A stretch of DNA of 32,000 nt from Nonlabens ponticola (GTDB lineage Bacteria > Bacteroidota > Bacteroidia > Flavobacteriales > Flavobacteriaceae), in NCBI RefSeq assembly GCF_003966335.1, contig NZ_CP034549.1, positions 210,001 through 242,000 on the forward strand, in the 5' to 3' direction. Positions 7,075-17,065 of this stretch are shown here, piece after piece. The notes beneath the pieces are model-generated. The model ran no database searches, was not told where the DNA came from, and saw only the letters and a program-made list of their open reading frames with translations. Each line of letters starts with the position of its first letter. The stretch's first letter is position 1. The position numbers and the translations under genes are program-made.

Positions 7075-10000
7075 TTACTCCTCAATCACCACTCTTATTC
7101 CTTCGCTATGACTAGAATATTCAGGTGCATACATGCATTCAAGTTGCGTGATACCGTTTGAGAATTGACCAGCGTTGTACGCACGTACATCATATTCAAA
7201 AACATAAGTTCCAGGTCTTAATTGATCAAAAAAGAAATTCGTCGCCACATCTTTAGTACTTTGATAGTAACCTAGACCATCATGATATTTGTATTTAGAA
7301 AGCACATCTACTGGTTCAAATCCACTGGCGCGCATGTCCTTGAGATGCACAAAATCAAGATCTTTTGTGCTGCGTATTTCTATGCGTACTGTAATCAAAT
7401 CGCCTATCGTTAACGGATCATTTGCTGTAATAGGGATTAACTTTTGACCAGTATCTGTATTTATTTTTTTGAATAGTTTTTTCTTGACAGACATCGGTAA
7501 ATCATCATCTATAGTGATTTTGTCTAGATTTTCAAAATATTGCCAGTACAAACCACCGTAACTTGGTACCTCGCTTTTATTCTTAACCTCAACAGTGGCA
7601 TAATCTGGTGTTACCGCCTTATCATTCAAAGACACTTTAAAGTATCCTGTTCCAGCCTCTTTTTGCACGGCATTCATCAAGGAATCTGGGATTGCTTTTC
7701 CTGCCCATTTTATCTGTGTGTTTTCCTTGACGTCTAGCCATTTGTTTCCTTGTAGCAACAGTGCGTATGTCGCATCAGCTGTGGCTTTGGTAGATTTCCA
7801 GCGATTGGGACGCTTATTTTGCAGCAACCATACTTTCAACTCTTCTACCTCTTTTTTATCACGATCCAACTCAGTAAATACCTCGATGGCCAGTGCCTGT
7901 GTCTCGATATCGCTGCTGTACCAGTTGTAGCCGTTGGTATTCTCTTTCCAGTACATTCCGTTTTCTGGGCTGTTGACGGCTGTTTGAGGCAGTCCTTCCA
8001 CGATTTTTTGGGCGAGTTGCTGCTGCCCATTACGGTACAAGCTTATCGCCATCAACAGTTGCTGGTAGATGGATTGAGAGCTGTATGAGGATTTTGCTTT
8101 CGCGAAAGCTAACTCACGACCATCTTTCAACAAACCAGACAAGCTGTTGTCATTGCCAAAACTGCGAGCGTACTGGTAGTGCCAGTAACTCATCCCAAAG
8201 TTGAATTTGTCCAACGTCTTATTGTTTCTCAAGTGGCGTTCAAAGCGATCTTTCCAATCCTTGTCCAGCGCCTTGATGGCATTGTTGTACATACGATCAG
8301 TCTGTGGGCGATCGCCATCATTGATGTTGAGTTGGTTCAAATGACCAATGCCGGCGGCGATGTGACGCGTGATGTATTCACTCTTGCTACCACCAGAAAA
8401 CCATGGGAAATAACCGCTAGATAGCTGTTTTGCCTCAAGTTGGGCAAGAATTTTCTTTTTCTCTCGAGCGGTTTTATCTAGATCAAAAAGTGTGGCGAGT
8501 CGCTGCTGTTTTTCAGCCTCTGATTGTGCGTCACGCAACCATGGCGTATGTGCGAGAATGATGGATTTGAGTTCCTCGTTCTTCTCAAGATTACTCTTGA
8601 GGCCGTCGTTTGCAGCCCAACTGTCAAAAACATCCTTGACCTTAGGATTGCTATTGAGAACATGCGCGGCTACGGAGTTTGCATAGAATCGCGAAAAAGT
8701 CTGCTCTGCACACTCGTGCTCATATTCCATAAGATAAGGAAGCGACTTGATGGCGTACCACGATGGATTTGAGGTGTACTCAAAAGTCAGCTGGTGGTTT
8801 GCTCGTGTGCTGGAAGTGGTGTTAGCCAACTTATCCATGGTCACGCTTGCCGTCTCGCCCGAGCGCACCCATAAAGCTCTAGATTCCGTCACCAGCATGC
8901 GATTGGTGAGCACCGGTAGCGTGTTTTCCTCACCATCAGAGAAATTTCCAGCCGTTGCTAGAACTCGGTACGTGACTGCTTGTGTGCCGATAGGCACGTG
9001 AAACGTCCAGTCAACGCTGGCGTTGCCATTTATAGGTGCGTCAAAATTCTTGACGCTTTTGTTGTTGCCTAGCTTTTCATCAATAGGTTGCATGGTGATG
9101 GCATCAAATAACTGCAAGGTTGCTTTACCGTTCATGATTTTGCCGGACAGATTGGCAATTTTGGTACTAAACCTAATTGTGTCAGTTTCCCGTAAAAATC
9201 GCGGCGGATTAGGAACTAGACTTAGCTCTTTTTGGGTACGCACCAATCCTTCAAACTGTGCCGTTTGCGCCTGTTTATTATGAGCAAACAATCTAAACTT
9301 CCATAAGGTCAAGGCCTCTGGCGATGTAAAACTAAACTTGAGATTTCCGTCTTTATCAGTATATAATTCTGGTAAGAAGAAAGCCGTTTCATTTAGATTT
9401 TTGCGGACTTCTATTTGCTGGAATGCGGCAGCTTGATTTGCAAGATCTGCTGCGGTGACACCTTCCTTTGTGCTTATGATAATGACGCCGTTTGATCCAC
9501 GACTACCGTAGATCGCTGTCGCGCCTGCGTCTTTGAGAACTGCGACTTCTTGGATGTCATTGGGATTTAACGCCTTGAATGTAGCTTCATCAACTATTTT
9601 ACCGTCGACGATGTATAATGGTTCTGCTGAACCATTTAAACTTGCTGCACCTCTTATTTTGACCATGGAATTAGCACCAGGTTGTCCAGAAGAAGTTATA
9701 ATTTCCAGCCCAGCTACTTGACCCTGTAAGGCAGACTCGGCCTGAACTTCTTCCATGTCACTCGATATAGTTGTGCTAGCAACGTTTGACATTCGCCTGC
9801 TTGTTGTTCTATAGCCAGTGACTACAACAGCTTCTAATGAAGCGCTCAAAACTGCATTTTGTACTAATGAGCCAGCAGTTATCGTTTTTTCATCATAACC
9901 GCTAAATGTATATTCTATGGTATCTCCAATATTGGCTTTAATCTTATAATTCCCATCAAAATCTGTGGTAACAGAATCATCATTGCCACTCACGATTACG

Positions 10001-13000
10001 GTGGCTCCTAATATTGGTTCACCACTAGCATCTGTAACCTTACCAACTATGAAACCAATTTCTGGTTTGAAGTTTATAAATTTTCTCTGAATTCCTCTTT
10101 TGTAATTGCCATAATAGTAATCGAAGTTCTCGAAACTTAAACCATGAAGATTAAAGGATTCCCTATCATCGTTAAGTGTAGGCTTAGGATTCTGTAAAAA
10201 GTGATAGAAGACATTAATCGATTGTGAAGCCAGCAAGCTTCTAGGCTTTTCAATTTCAAGTACACCTGCATAATTATAAAGACCTATACCTCGCCATGCT
10301 TTGGTAGCAAACTCGTCAAGACTCTTATCATACATACTGGCAAGAACCTCAGCTTGCATGCTGGTTTTATCTTGATCTTTTATGGTAAATGACCATTCTT
10401 CTGGCTCGCCTGGATAAAGCTTTTGTCTAAAGGTTTGTGTTGCAATGGTAAATTGCTGTCGTGGCGCGACAGGTTTGGTAACTTCAAATTGCTGGCTTGT
10501 AAATTGTCCTAGCTTTTGCACACTGTATTGAAACTTCAACGTTCTCCCATTGATGTTTTTCATCGGGAAACTCATCGTGGTCTTACCGTTGTTCAAATAA
10601 ATCCAACGAGTATCAATTACTTTTTTGAGATCATAGGTTGTCAAATACATGAACACACCATCAGCCGACGTATAAAAATCAACGACAGCTTGATCATCGT
10701 TGTAAATAGCACTATGAGTTACAATTGATGGTTGTGCCGGCCGGTCTTTATTTGCCCATATCTCTACGTCTCGTTTTTCATCTACAAAATCTTCTTCTTT
10801 TTCCAGACTCAGGTTGTTGTCTGCTTCTACTGCTTTAGCGTATAGAATGTAGGTGCCATTTTTCCATTCTCTAGTGATCGGTAATTCAATCGTTGCTAAG
10901 GAATCAGTGGTAGTAGTTTTTTTGAAAAGTATAGGTGCGTCTTTCCAGTCTTCTAGTTGCTCTTCTTTTCTCAATTCTGCATATGGGAACATTTTACGAT
11001 ATTCCTCAACAGATAATTCATGGAATTTTGCATCATTCAATTGATCCTCGATAACGACGTGATCAGCTGCTGATGATCGGCGCACCTGCAATTCAATATT
11101 TGCTTTTACAACTTCACCATTGAGGTTTTGTGCTTGAAGTTTTACGGTATTATTTTCTACCGATATAGGTCCTTGCACTAACATTTTAATCTCGATAGGC
11201 TTCTCACCTACTCGCACGCCGGTATATGCTTTTCTAGTCTCGCCGTTGACATCAGTTACCGACACGTCAATCGTATAATTGTAGATCAGGTTTCTCAGGT
11301 CTACATCATTGGCTATTTTCTCACCTGATTTGAAAGTGATGTCAAATTTTCCAGAGGCATCGGTAGTGATAGTATCAGTTGCAATAATGGGATCTGGCTC
11401 ATGAGAATAAGTACGTCTCAAGTATGGAATATTATCTGAATCTGGTACATTATGAATCGCTTGAGTGACATTATATATTACTTGAGCGCCAGTAATATTA
11501 CTACCTAACAGTGCCTTTGCTTTTCCCGTTACCGTAACTGAGTCACCAAAAACATACGTCTGGGTTACCGGTTCAAATTCTGTCTTAAAGCGAGGACGTT
11601 TGTATTCCTCAACTTTGAAAGAAACGTAACCAGCGTCAAAATCATCAATGAGATCCCAATAAGAATCCTCATCATCATAATCTATATCTATGGAAAATGA
11701 ACCCGTCAATCCATCTTCAGGAAGTATAAATGAGCCGTTGACACTACCGAATTCATTGGTTTCAACTGCTGTCTCAAAAACTTCATCACCAGAGGCATTA
11801 TCAACTGTCACAGTTAATTTTTTGTTTGATACAACTTTGGATTCACCATTCTTGTTTTCTACGAGAATGCTTTTGTAGTAAACTTTTTGCCCTGGTCGGT
11901 AAATGGCTCTATCTAGGTAGGTGTAGACTTTTACATTTCGGTAATCACTTTCTCTGTATTTACTAAAATAACCACGACTCAATGAAGTCCTTACCGTGTC
12001 ACCCTGGTTAATGGCTTCCAGCGAATATTGATAATACCGTCGAGGTAATGTGAAATCTACCTGACCATTTTTATCCGTTTTACCATGGAAGGATGTATAA
12101 CTCTTATTGCCTCTGTAAATGTTATATGAAACGTTAGTAAGTGGTTTTCCTGTGTTTCTTGAGGTAGCGGTGATGGTAGTTTGATTACTTGTCATACTAG
12201 TCGTCAAGGCGATATCAGTTACCTTCAATACAGAACCCGCTTTCATTTTCTTTTGGTCATTGGCATTTAAAAGGACTAAGTATGTTCCCATATCCATTCC
12301 AGACAACGCAAACTCATAGGTATGTAAAAACGTATCATCGCCTTGTGGCAAATTCAATTTCTTGATTTGAGCAAAATTATTTTTCTCACGCGCCTTTTGA
12401 AAATATGCGTTGTGAATAGAATCTCTATTTCCTTTGATGCGGTCAAAATCGTGTGGTACCCTGATAAAATAGACGGTTGCGTGGGTTACGTTTTGGTAAC
12501 TAGTTACACCTCTATAAGGTTGATTAGGCAATACGTTTTGTTGCAGCTGTGTACTTAATTTAGGTGCGTAGATGATGGATAGCAGATTAGTGCAATTCAC
12601 GCTACCCAAGGTTTCTGGATATTTCTCGATTGCGGATTTTGCAAGCTTAATGGCATTGGTACGATAGGCTTTTTGTTCTTCTGTCTCACCATTCTTAGAA
12701 ACCGTATAATAATATTGTGCTAGGCTATATTGCAACAATGTCACCTCTGGCACCGCAGCGTATTCATAAATGAGGTGTTGAATACCGTTCTCAAATTCTG
12801 CAATTTCTTGACTGCTGCTTATTTGTGATCGAGCATAATTGAATCGTTCATTGATAATTGATAAAAATGGTGCCGTTTCCTTACGTTTTTTGTGCAGCTG
12901 TTCTAGTTGGGCATATAATCGCAGGACATCATATTTACTGTAAATTGTGTCGTTTACTGGCCTTTTAAGATTCAGTATCTCTTGAGTAGGCAGGAAGGCG

Positions 13001-13653
13001 TTTGAAACTGTAAGAGTGAACGCGTCCTTAGGCATTGTGATTCCGTAAGCACTGGTTTTGTAAAATTCCAGCGCTTCTTGCGCGAGAATATCCAGCAAAC
13101 TAGGTCGATACTTGCGTGATAGCGGATTGATATTCATGATCACATCATAATCGCCGGCAGGAACTTTGGCCAGCTTGTCTGATTTTTCAAGTGACGCTTG
13201 AAATAAATCAGAAAGTCGAGCATAAAATGTCTTGATATCCCACGTCTTAAAATCATCTCCAGCATCATCCATGGCTGTGCGGTTATTGATGCGATAACGA
13301 TTTGCCGTCAAGTATTGCTCTAACAATTGTGCCTTGAGCGAGATGTAAATATTGCTTTCTGGAAACGAGCTTCCATCAATTTGCTTATCAAGCTCATTAA
13401 TGATGTTTACTTGAGCATTTTCTACATTGATCAATTTGAATTTTGATCTAAACAAAAAGACTTTGATCAATTGAGCATCGTCATTTTTGCGGTTGGCTTT
13501 CTTGTAGATGTTGTCTAATATCTCACTGGCGTCAGTGATATTATTCTCAACTTCAAGCTTCTCGACTTTACGCCACAACTCGTTATAATCCTGCGCTATT
13601 ACAGCATTAATTCCACAAAGTAACACAACCAGACCTGCAATAAAATTTCTCAT
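7075..13653 (-). CDS. Giant alpha-2-macroglobulin family protein with thioester motif and an internal CarboxypepD_reg + TonB-Plug (SusC-like) module
   Basis: The track ORF opens GTG-TTG-TTT-ATG. I take the ATG at 13653 (MRNFIAGLVVLLCGINAVIAQ, a signal peptide). The thioester-type motif YEHECAEQT places CAEQ at 8701..8712. The C-terminal region is A2M-complement/receptor-like. Residues around GKVTDASGEPILGATVIVSG...VVVTGYRTTS...LQGQVAGLEI...IRGAASL...PLYIVDGK...IQEVAVLKDAGATAIYGSRGSNGVIIISTKEG (about 9460..10053) match SusC N-terminal modules. Confidence 0.85.
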   Translation of the reverse strand: MRNFIAGLVVLLCGINAVIAQDYNELWRKVEKLEVENNITDASEILDNIYKKANRKNDDAQLIKVFLFRSKFKLINVENAQVNIINELDKQIDGSSFPESNIYISLKAQLLEQYLTANRYRINNRTAMDDAGDDFKTWDIKTFYARLSDLFQASLEKSDKLAKVPAGDYDVIMNINPLSRKYRPSLLDILAQEALEFYKTSAYGITMPKDAFTLTVSNAFLPTQEILNLKRPVNDTIYSKYDVLRLYAQLEQLHKKRKETAPFLSIINERFNYARSQISSSQEIAEFENGIQHLIYEYAAVPEVTLLQYSLAQYYYTVSKNGETEEQKAYRTNAIKLAKSAIEKYPETLGSVNCTNLLSIIYAPKLSTQLQQNVLPNQPYRGVTSYQNVTHATVYFIRVPHDFDRIKGNRDSIHNAYFQKAREKNNFAQIKKLNLPQGDDTFLHTYEFALSGMDMGTYLVLLNANDQKKMKAGSVLKVTDIALTTSMTSNQTTITATSRNTGKPLTNVSYNIYRGNKSYTSFHGKTDKNGQVDFTLPRRYYQYSLEAINQGDTVRTSLSRGYFSKYRESDYRNVKVYTYLDRAIYRPGQKVYYKSILVENKNGESKVVSNKKLTVTVDNASGDEVFETAVETNEFGSVNGSFILPEDGLTGSFSIDIDYDDEDSYWDLIDDFDAGYVSFKVEEYKRPRFKTEFEPVTQTYVFGDSVTVTGKAKALLGSNITGAQVIYNVTQAIHNVPDSDNIPYLRRTYSHEPDPIIATDTITTDASGKFDITFKSGEKIANDVDLRNLIYNYTIDVSVTDVNGETRKAYTGVRVGEKPIEIKMLVQGPISVENNTVKLQAQNLNGEVVKANIELQVRRSSAADHVVIEDQLNDAKFHELSVEEYRKMFPYAELRKEEQLEDWKDAPILFKKTTTTDSLATIELPITREWKNGTYILYAKAVEADNNLSLEKEEDFVDEKRDVEIWANKDRPAQPSIVTHSAIYNDDQAVVDFYTSADGVFMYLTTYDLKKVIDTRWIYLNNGKTTMSFPMKNINGRTLKFQYSVQKLGQFTSQQFEVTKPVAPRQQFTIATQTFRQKLYPGEPEEWSFTIKDQDKTSMQAEVLASMYDKSLDEFATKAWRGIGLYNYAGVLEIEKPRSLLASQSINVFYHFLQNPKPTLNDDRESFNLHGLSFENFDYYYGNYKRGIQRKFINFKPEIGFIVGKVTDASGEPILGATVIVSGNDDSVTTDFDGNYKIKANIGDTIEYTFSGYDEKTITAGSLVQNAVLSASLEAVVVTGYRTTSRRMSNVASTTISSDMEEVQAESALQGQVAGLEIITSSGQPGANSMVKIRGAASLNGSAEPLYIVDGKIVDEATFKALNPNDIQEVAVLKDAGATAIYGSRGSNGVIIISTKEGVTAADLANQAAAFQQIEVRKNLNETAFFLPELYTDKDGNLKFSFTSPEALTLWKFRLFAHNKQAQTAQFEGLVRTQKELSLVPNPPRFLRETDTIRFSTKIANLSGKIMNGKATLQLFDAITMQPIDEKLGNNKSVKNFDAPINGNASVDWTFHVPIGTQAVTYRVLATAGNFSDGEENTLPVLTNRMLVTESRALWVRSGETASVTMDKLANTTSSTRANHQLTFEYTSNPSWYAIKSLPYLMEYEHECAEQTFSRFYANSVAAHVLNSNPKVKDVFDSWAANDGLKSNLEKNEELKSIILAHTPWLRDAQSEAEKQQRLATLFDLDKTAREKKKILAQLEAKQLSSGYFPWFSGGSKSEYITRHIAAGIGHLNQLNINDGDRPQTDRMYNNAIKALDKDWKDRFERHLRNNKTLDKFNFGMSYWHYQYARSFGNDNSLSGLLKDGRELAFAKAKSSYSSQSIYQQLLMAISLYRNGQQQLAQKIVEGLPQTAVNSPENGMYWKENTNGYNWYSSDIETQALAIEVFTELDRDKKEVEELKVWLLQNKRPNRWKSTKATADATYALLLQGNKWLDVKENTQIKWAGKAIPDSLMNAVQKEAGTGYFKVSLNDKAVTPDYATVEVKNKSEVPSYGGLYWQYFENLDKITIDDDLPMSVKKKLFKKINTDTGQKLIPITANDPLTIGDLITVRIEIRSTKDLDFVHLKDMRASGFEPVDVLSKYKYHDGLGYYQSTKDVATNFFFDQLRPGTYVFEYDVRAYNAGQFSNGITQLECMYAPEYSSHSEGIRVVIEE
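8096..8109. repeat. Palindrome copy 3, GCTTTCGCGAAAGC
   Basis: Exact match. Left flank ATTTT, right flank TAAC. Lies inside the minus-strand A2M gene, where it reads AFAKA. Confidence 0.97.
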
Positions 13654-13764
13654 AAACAACACTTAACTTTTAAAAATACTCAATCTCACGATGAACTGTC
13701 AATGGATGCTGGCACAATTAGCATACCGCATCTGCTTTGGTATCCTTTTTGATATTTTTGAAAC

Positions 13765-14508
13765 ATGAAAATGCTATTCCTATTCACAGCCCTTATTTTT
13801 TGTTATTCTGTTAGTGGTCAGTCAGCTTTCGCGAAAGCGGAACAACTATCCCAGCAATCCAACTACAAACAAGCCATACCGCTCTACAAGGAAGCATTGC
13901 AAGCGGCACCAAAAGACGCCAAAATCTTGATGGCAACGGGAAAAGCATACGGCGAGCTGAAGCAGTTTGAAGAAGCCAGCGAGGTCTATAAAAAACTACT
14001 CGCTATCGATGAATCCATCGCCGACTACCACTTTTACTACGGTGGCTCACTGGGATTGTATGCCAAAAACAGCTCAAAACTCAAAGCGCTGGGCATGCTG
14101 GACGATGTAAAATTTCACTTAAAAAAAGCTGCCGAACTTGATGAAAACCATATAGAAACACGCTGGGCATTAGTCCAGATGTACTGCGAGCTACCGGGAA
14201 TCGTAGGCGGATCTGTTGCAATATCAAGAGAATATGCCGCAGAGCTCGCCAAGATATCGCCAGTCGATGGCTACCTAGCCACAGGCTGGATCGAGATCTA
14301 TGAAGAGAACTACAAGGAAGCAGAAGTTGCCCTAAAAAAAGCAGTAGAAATAGGCAACTCGCCAACCACATACCTCAAACTGGCCGAACTATACAGCAAG
14401 CACATGGATCGCGATGATCTTGCCATAAAAACGCTGCAAAAAGCAGATTCTCAATCTGATGATAAGCGTATTAATGTGGCATTAAAAAGATTAAAAAGTA
14501 AAAACTAG
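13765..14508 (+). CDS. Secreted tetratricopeptide-repeat (TPR) protein
   Basis: Signal peptide MKMLFLFTALIFCYSVSGQ. Repeated A-x-x-Y-x-x-A-L helix-pair patterns follow (YKQAIPLYKEALQAAP, FEEASEVYKKLLAI, YKEAEVALKKAVEI). Palindrome copy 4 encodes AFAKA just after the signal peptide. Confidence 0.65.
   Translation: MKMLFLFTALIFCYSVSGQSAFAKAEQLSQQSNYKQAIPLYKEALQAAPKDAKILMATGKAYGELKQFEEASEVYKKLLAIDESIADYHFYYGGSLGLYAKNSSKLKALGMLDDVKFHLKKAAELDENHIETRWALVQMYCELPGIVGGSVAISREYAAELAKISPVDGYLATGWIEIYEENYKEAEVALKKAVEIGNSPTTYLKLAELYSKHMDRDDLAIKTLQKADSQSDDKRINVALKRLKSKN
13825..13838. repeat. Palindrome copy 4, GCTTTCGCGAAAGC
   Basis: Exact match. Right flank GGAAC. Lies inside the plus-strand TPR gene, where it reads AFAKA. 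Confidence 0.97.
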
Positions 14509-14536
14509 CTTCGATCTTAAATTTTAAGGCAGTCTT

Positions 14537-15139
14537 ATGAATATGCTAAAACAAGGTTTTTTGTTCATTTGTTTTCTTTCACTTTCCTACACCGTCGCTT
14601 TTTCTCAAGAGTACAAAGAAAAAATAGAATCAGAATTCAACGAATATCTGAATACTATTATAGATAAGCAATTTGAAAAATCTACAGAATATCTCACGCC
14701 TGAGTTTTTTAATAGAATACCACGGAAGATCCTCATTCAAGCAATGCAAGAGACTTTCAATAATCCTGATGTGCAATTTGAAATAGTCAATCCAAAAATC
14801 CTGTCAATTGACGATTCAATAAAAATTGATGAGAAATATTATTCTCTTCTTATTTACTCAAATGAATTCAAAGTTATATTCAACTATGCGGAAAAGGATG
14901 AAACCTCTGAGCGGAAGAACTTGCGAACTAAATTGACACTACTAAGTTTAGAAAATTCATTTGGAGCTGGTAATGTCGCCCATGATCAAAAGAATGATCT
15001 CTATACTATACAATCTGAGAAAAAAGTGTACGCTATTTCCCAAGATGGAAAAGATGAATGGAAATTTCTTGTGTTAGAAAGAGATCAAAAAGCAACATTG
15101 CAAAAATTACTACCTCAAGAGCTGTTGCAGAATTTGTAA
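14537..15139 (+). CDS. Hypothetical secreted protein
   Basis: 200-aa ORF with signal peptide MNMLKQGFLFICFLSLSYTVAFSQ. Composition is protein-like and no family is recognised. Confidence 0.5.
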   Translation: MNMLKQGFLFICFLSLSYTVAFSQEYKEKIESEFNEYLNTIIDKQFEKSTEYLTPEFFNRIPRKILIQAMQETFNNPDVQFEIVNPKILSIDDSIKIDEKYYSLLIYSNEFKVIFNYAEKDETSERKNLRTKLTLLSLENSFGAGNVAHDQKNDLYTIQSEKKVYAISQDGKDEWKFLVLERDQKATLQKLLPQELLQNL

Positions 15140-15152
15140 GCCTCGTTAATAA

Positions 15153-15653
15153 ATGTATAAGCTTTTCAAACATCACTTACTGCCGTTCTATTTCATATTA
15201 GCTGGCTGCACATCAACTACTAGCACCTCTATAAGGGAGTTTCATGTTTTTGCTTCAGGTAAACCGATACCAGAAACTTTTGAGATGACCGAAAGTACTA
15301 AAGAAGATGGTGTCTCATATTATTATCTCAGTTTAAGCGATGATAATAAAGATGTTGAAATTCTATATGATGCAGATAAACTAGGGCTTTACTTTGCTGC
15401 GGATCAATATTTAATAAAAAATACTGCGACATTTAAGGAGTCTGGATTGGAAACTTTTGAATTCGGGATCTACTCAAATATTCAAAAATATAATGATGCT
15501 ACTGGACCAATAATTTTTAATGCAGACTATGGCTTGTTAGCAATACTCAACTCTCACGGACCTGATGTAATCGTGCTACCTAATAATACTAGCAGCAAAT
15601 CCGCTGAAACAATAAGGAGACAAATAAATAGTATTGTTTACAATCTTAAATAG
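15153..15653 (+). CDS. Hypothetical lipoprotein
   Basis: 166-aa ORF with a lipobox-like FILAGC at the end of a hydrophobic N-terminus. No family is recognised. Confidence 0.5.
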   Translation: MYKLFKHHLLPFYFILAGCTSTTSTSIREFHVFASGKPIPETFEMTESTKEDGVSYYYLSLSDDNKDVEILYDADKLGLYFAADQYLIKNTATFKESGLETFEFGIYSNIQKYNDATGPIIFNADYGLLAILNSHGPDVIVLPNNTSSKSAETIRRQINSIVYNLK

Positions 15654-15694
15654 GCTATGGTATAATCCGTATTTTTAAAGCATAAATTGAACTT

Positions 15695-17065
15695 ATGCGC
15701 GTACACTTTATCGCGATAGGCGGCAGCGCCATGCACAATCTTGCTATTGCCCTACACCTTAAAGGCGACCAGGTTACTGGTAGCGATGATGCGATTTTTG
15801 AACCTAGTAAATCAAGACTTAAAAAACATGGTCTCCTACCAGATACTATAGGCTGGGATAACTCGCGCATCGACGATTCTATAGATGCCGTGATATTGGG
15901 AATGCACGCTAAGGAAGATAATCCAGAATTGCTCAAGGCACAGGAACTGGACTTGAAAATCTACAGCTATCCTGAGTATCTATACGAGCAATCCAAAAAT
16001 AAAACGCGCGTCGTTATAGGTGGATCGCACGGTAAGACCACTATTACTTCAATGATTCTGCACGTGATGCATTATCACGATAGAGAAGTTGATTATATGG
16101 TAGGTGCACAACTAGAAGGTTTTGAAACCATGGTACACCTTACTGATGATAATGAATTCATGGTACTGGAAGGCGATGAGTATCTCTCGAGCCCCATAGA
16201 TCGCAGACCTAAGTTTCATCTTTATCAACCTAACATCGCTTTAATCTCTGGTATTGCATGGGATCACATCAACGTATTTCCTACCTATGAGAACTATGTA
16301 GAGCAGTTTGAGATCTTTGTAGATCTCATGAAACCTGGTAGCATTCTCGTTTATAATGAAGAAGACAAGGCAGTCAAACAAATTGCAGAAGAAGCCAGAA
16401 AACCAACCAGAAAACATGCCTACAGTGTTCCAGATCATAGCATTGATAACGGTAAAACCTTTCTAGAAACACCAGAAGGCGATATGCCGCTGGAGATTTT
16501 TGGAAAGCACAACCTGAGTAATCTTGCAGGTGCCAAATGGATTTGCCAACACATGGGCATCGACGAAGATGCCTTTTATGAAGCTATCGCGACTTTTAAA
16601 GGTGCCTCAAAACGTCTTGAAATGGTTGCTGAAAGCAGTTACAGTGTTATTTATAAAGATTTTGCACACTCGCCTAGTAAGGTAAAGGCAACCACAAACG
16701 CCATACACAATCAGTACAGCGAGCGCAAGATCATAGCTTGTCTGGAACTACACACGTTTTCAAGTCTGGATCCTGTGTTTTTACAGGAGTATGCGAATGC
16801 GCTGGATTGCGCAGATGTTGCCGTAGTTTTTTACAGTCCAGAAGCGGTTGAGCTCAAACGCCTAGAACCTGTAACTGCGGAACAAATCAAAGAGGCCTTT
16901 GATGATGAGAACCTCATCGTCATGACAGATCCTGCGGCATTTAAAAGCTGGCTGTTTTCGCAAAACCTGAATCAAGCAGCCTTGCTACTCATGAGCAGCG
17001 GCACTTATGGTGGTTTGGATTTTGACAGATTAGGAAGCCTCGTGGATCCTTTAAGCAAGCGATAA
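15695..17065 (+). CDS. mpl: Mur ligase family protein, Mpl-like (UDP-N-acetylmuramate:L-Ala-gamma-D-Glu-mDAP ligase type)
   Basis: 456 aa with blocks collinear with E. coli Mpl: MRVHFIAIGGSAMHNLA, VTGSD, the GGSHGKTTITSM P-loop, EGDEY, WDHINVF, FAHSPSKV and LELHTFSS. I cannot exclude that it is a MurC-type paralogue. Confidence 0.75.
   Translation: MRVHFIAIGGSAMHNLAIALHLKGDQVTGSDDAIFEPSKSRLKKHGLLPDTIGWDNSRIDDSIDAVILGMHAKEDNPELLKAQELDLKIYSYPEYLYEQSKNKTRVVIGGSHGKTTITSMILHVMHYHDREVDYMVGAQLEGFETMVHLTDDNEFMVLEGDEYLSSPIDRRPKFHLYQPNIALISGIAWDHINVFPTYENYVEQFEIFVDLMKPGSILVYNEEDKAVKQIAEEARKPTRKHAYSVPDHSIDNGKTFLETPEGDMPLEIFGKHNLSNLAGAKWICQHMGIDEDAFYEAIATFKGASKRLEMVAESSYSVIYKDFAHSPSKVKATTNAIHNQYSERKIIACLELHTFSSLDPVFLQEYANALDCADVAVVFYSPEAVELKRLEPVTAEQIKEAFDDENLIVMTDPAAFKSWLFSQNLNQAALLLMSSGTYGGLDFDRLGSLVDPLSKR

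Noticed and set aside
7540-12558. About 17 short track ORFs (61-89 aa) on both strands inside 7075..13653.
   Set aside because: All are nested within the 6.6-kb A2M reading frame, or antisense to it, and that frame has strong domain-level support. Their translations are low-complexity (Ser/Leu/Cys-rich) with no motifs. Such shadow ORFs are expected in a long gene.
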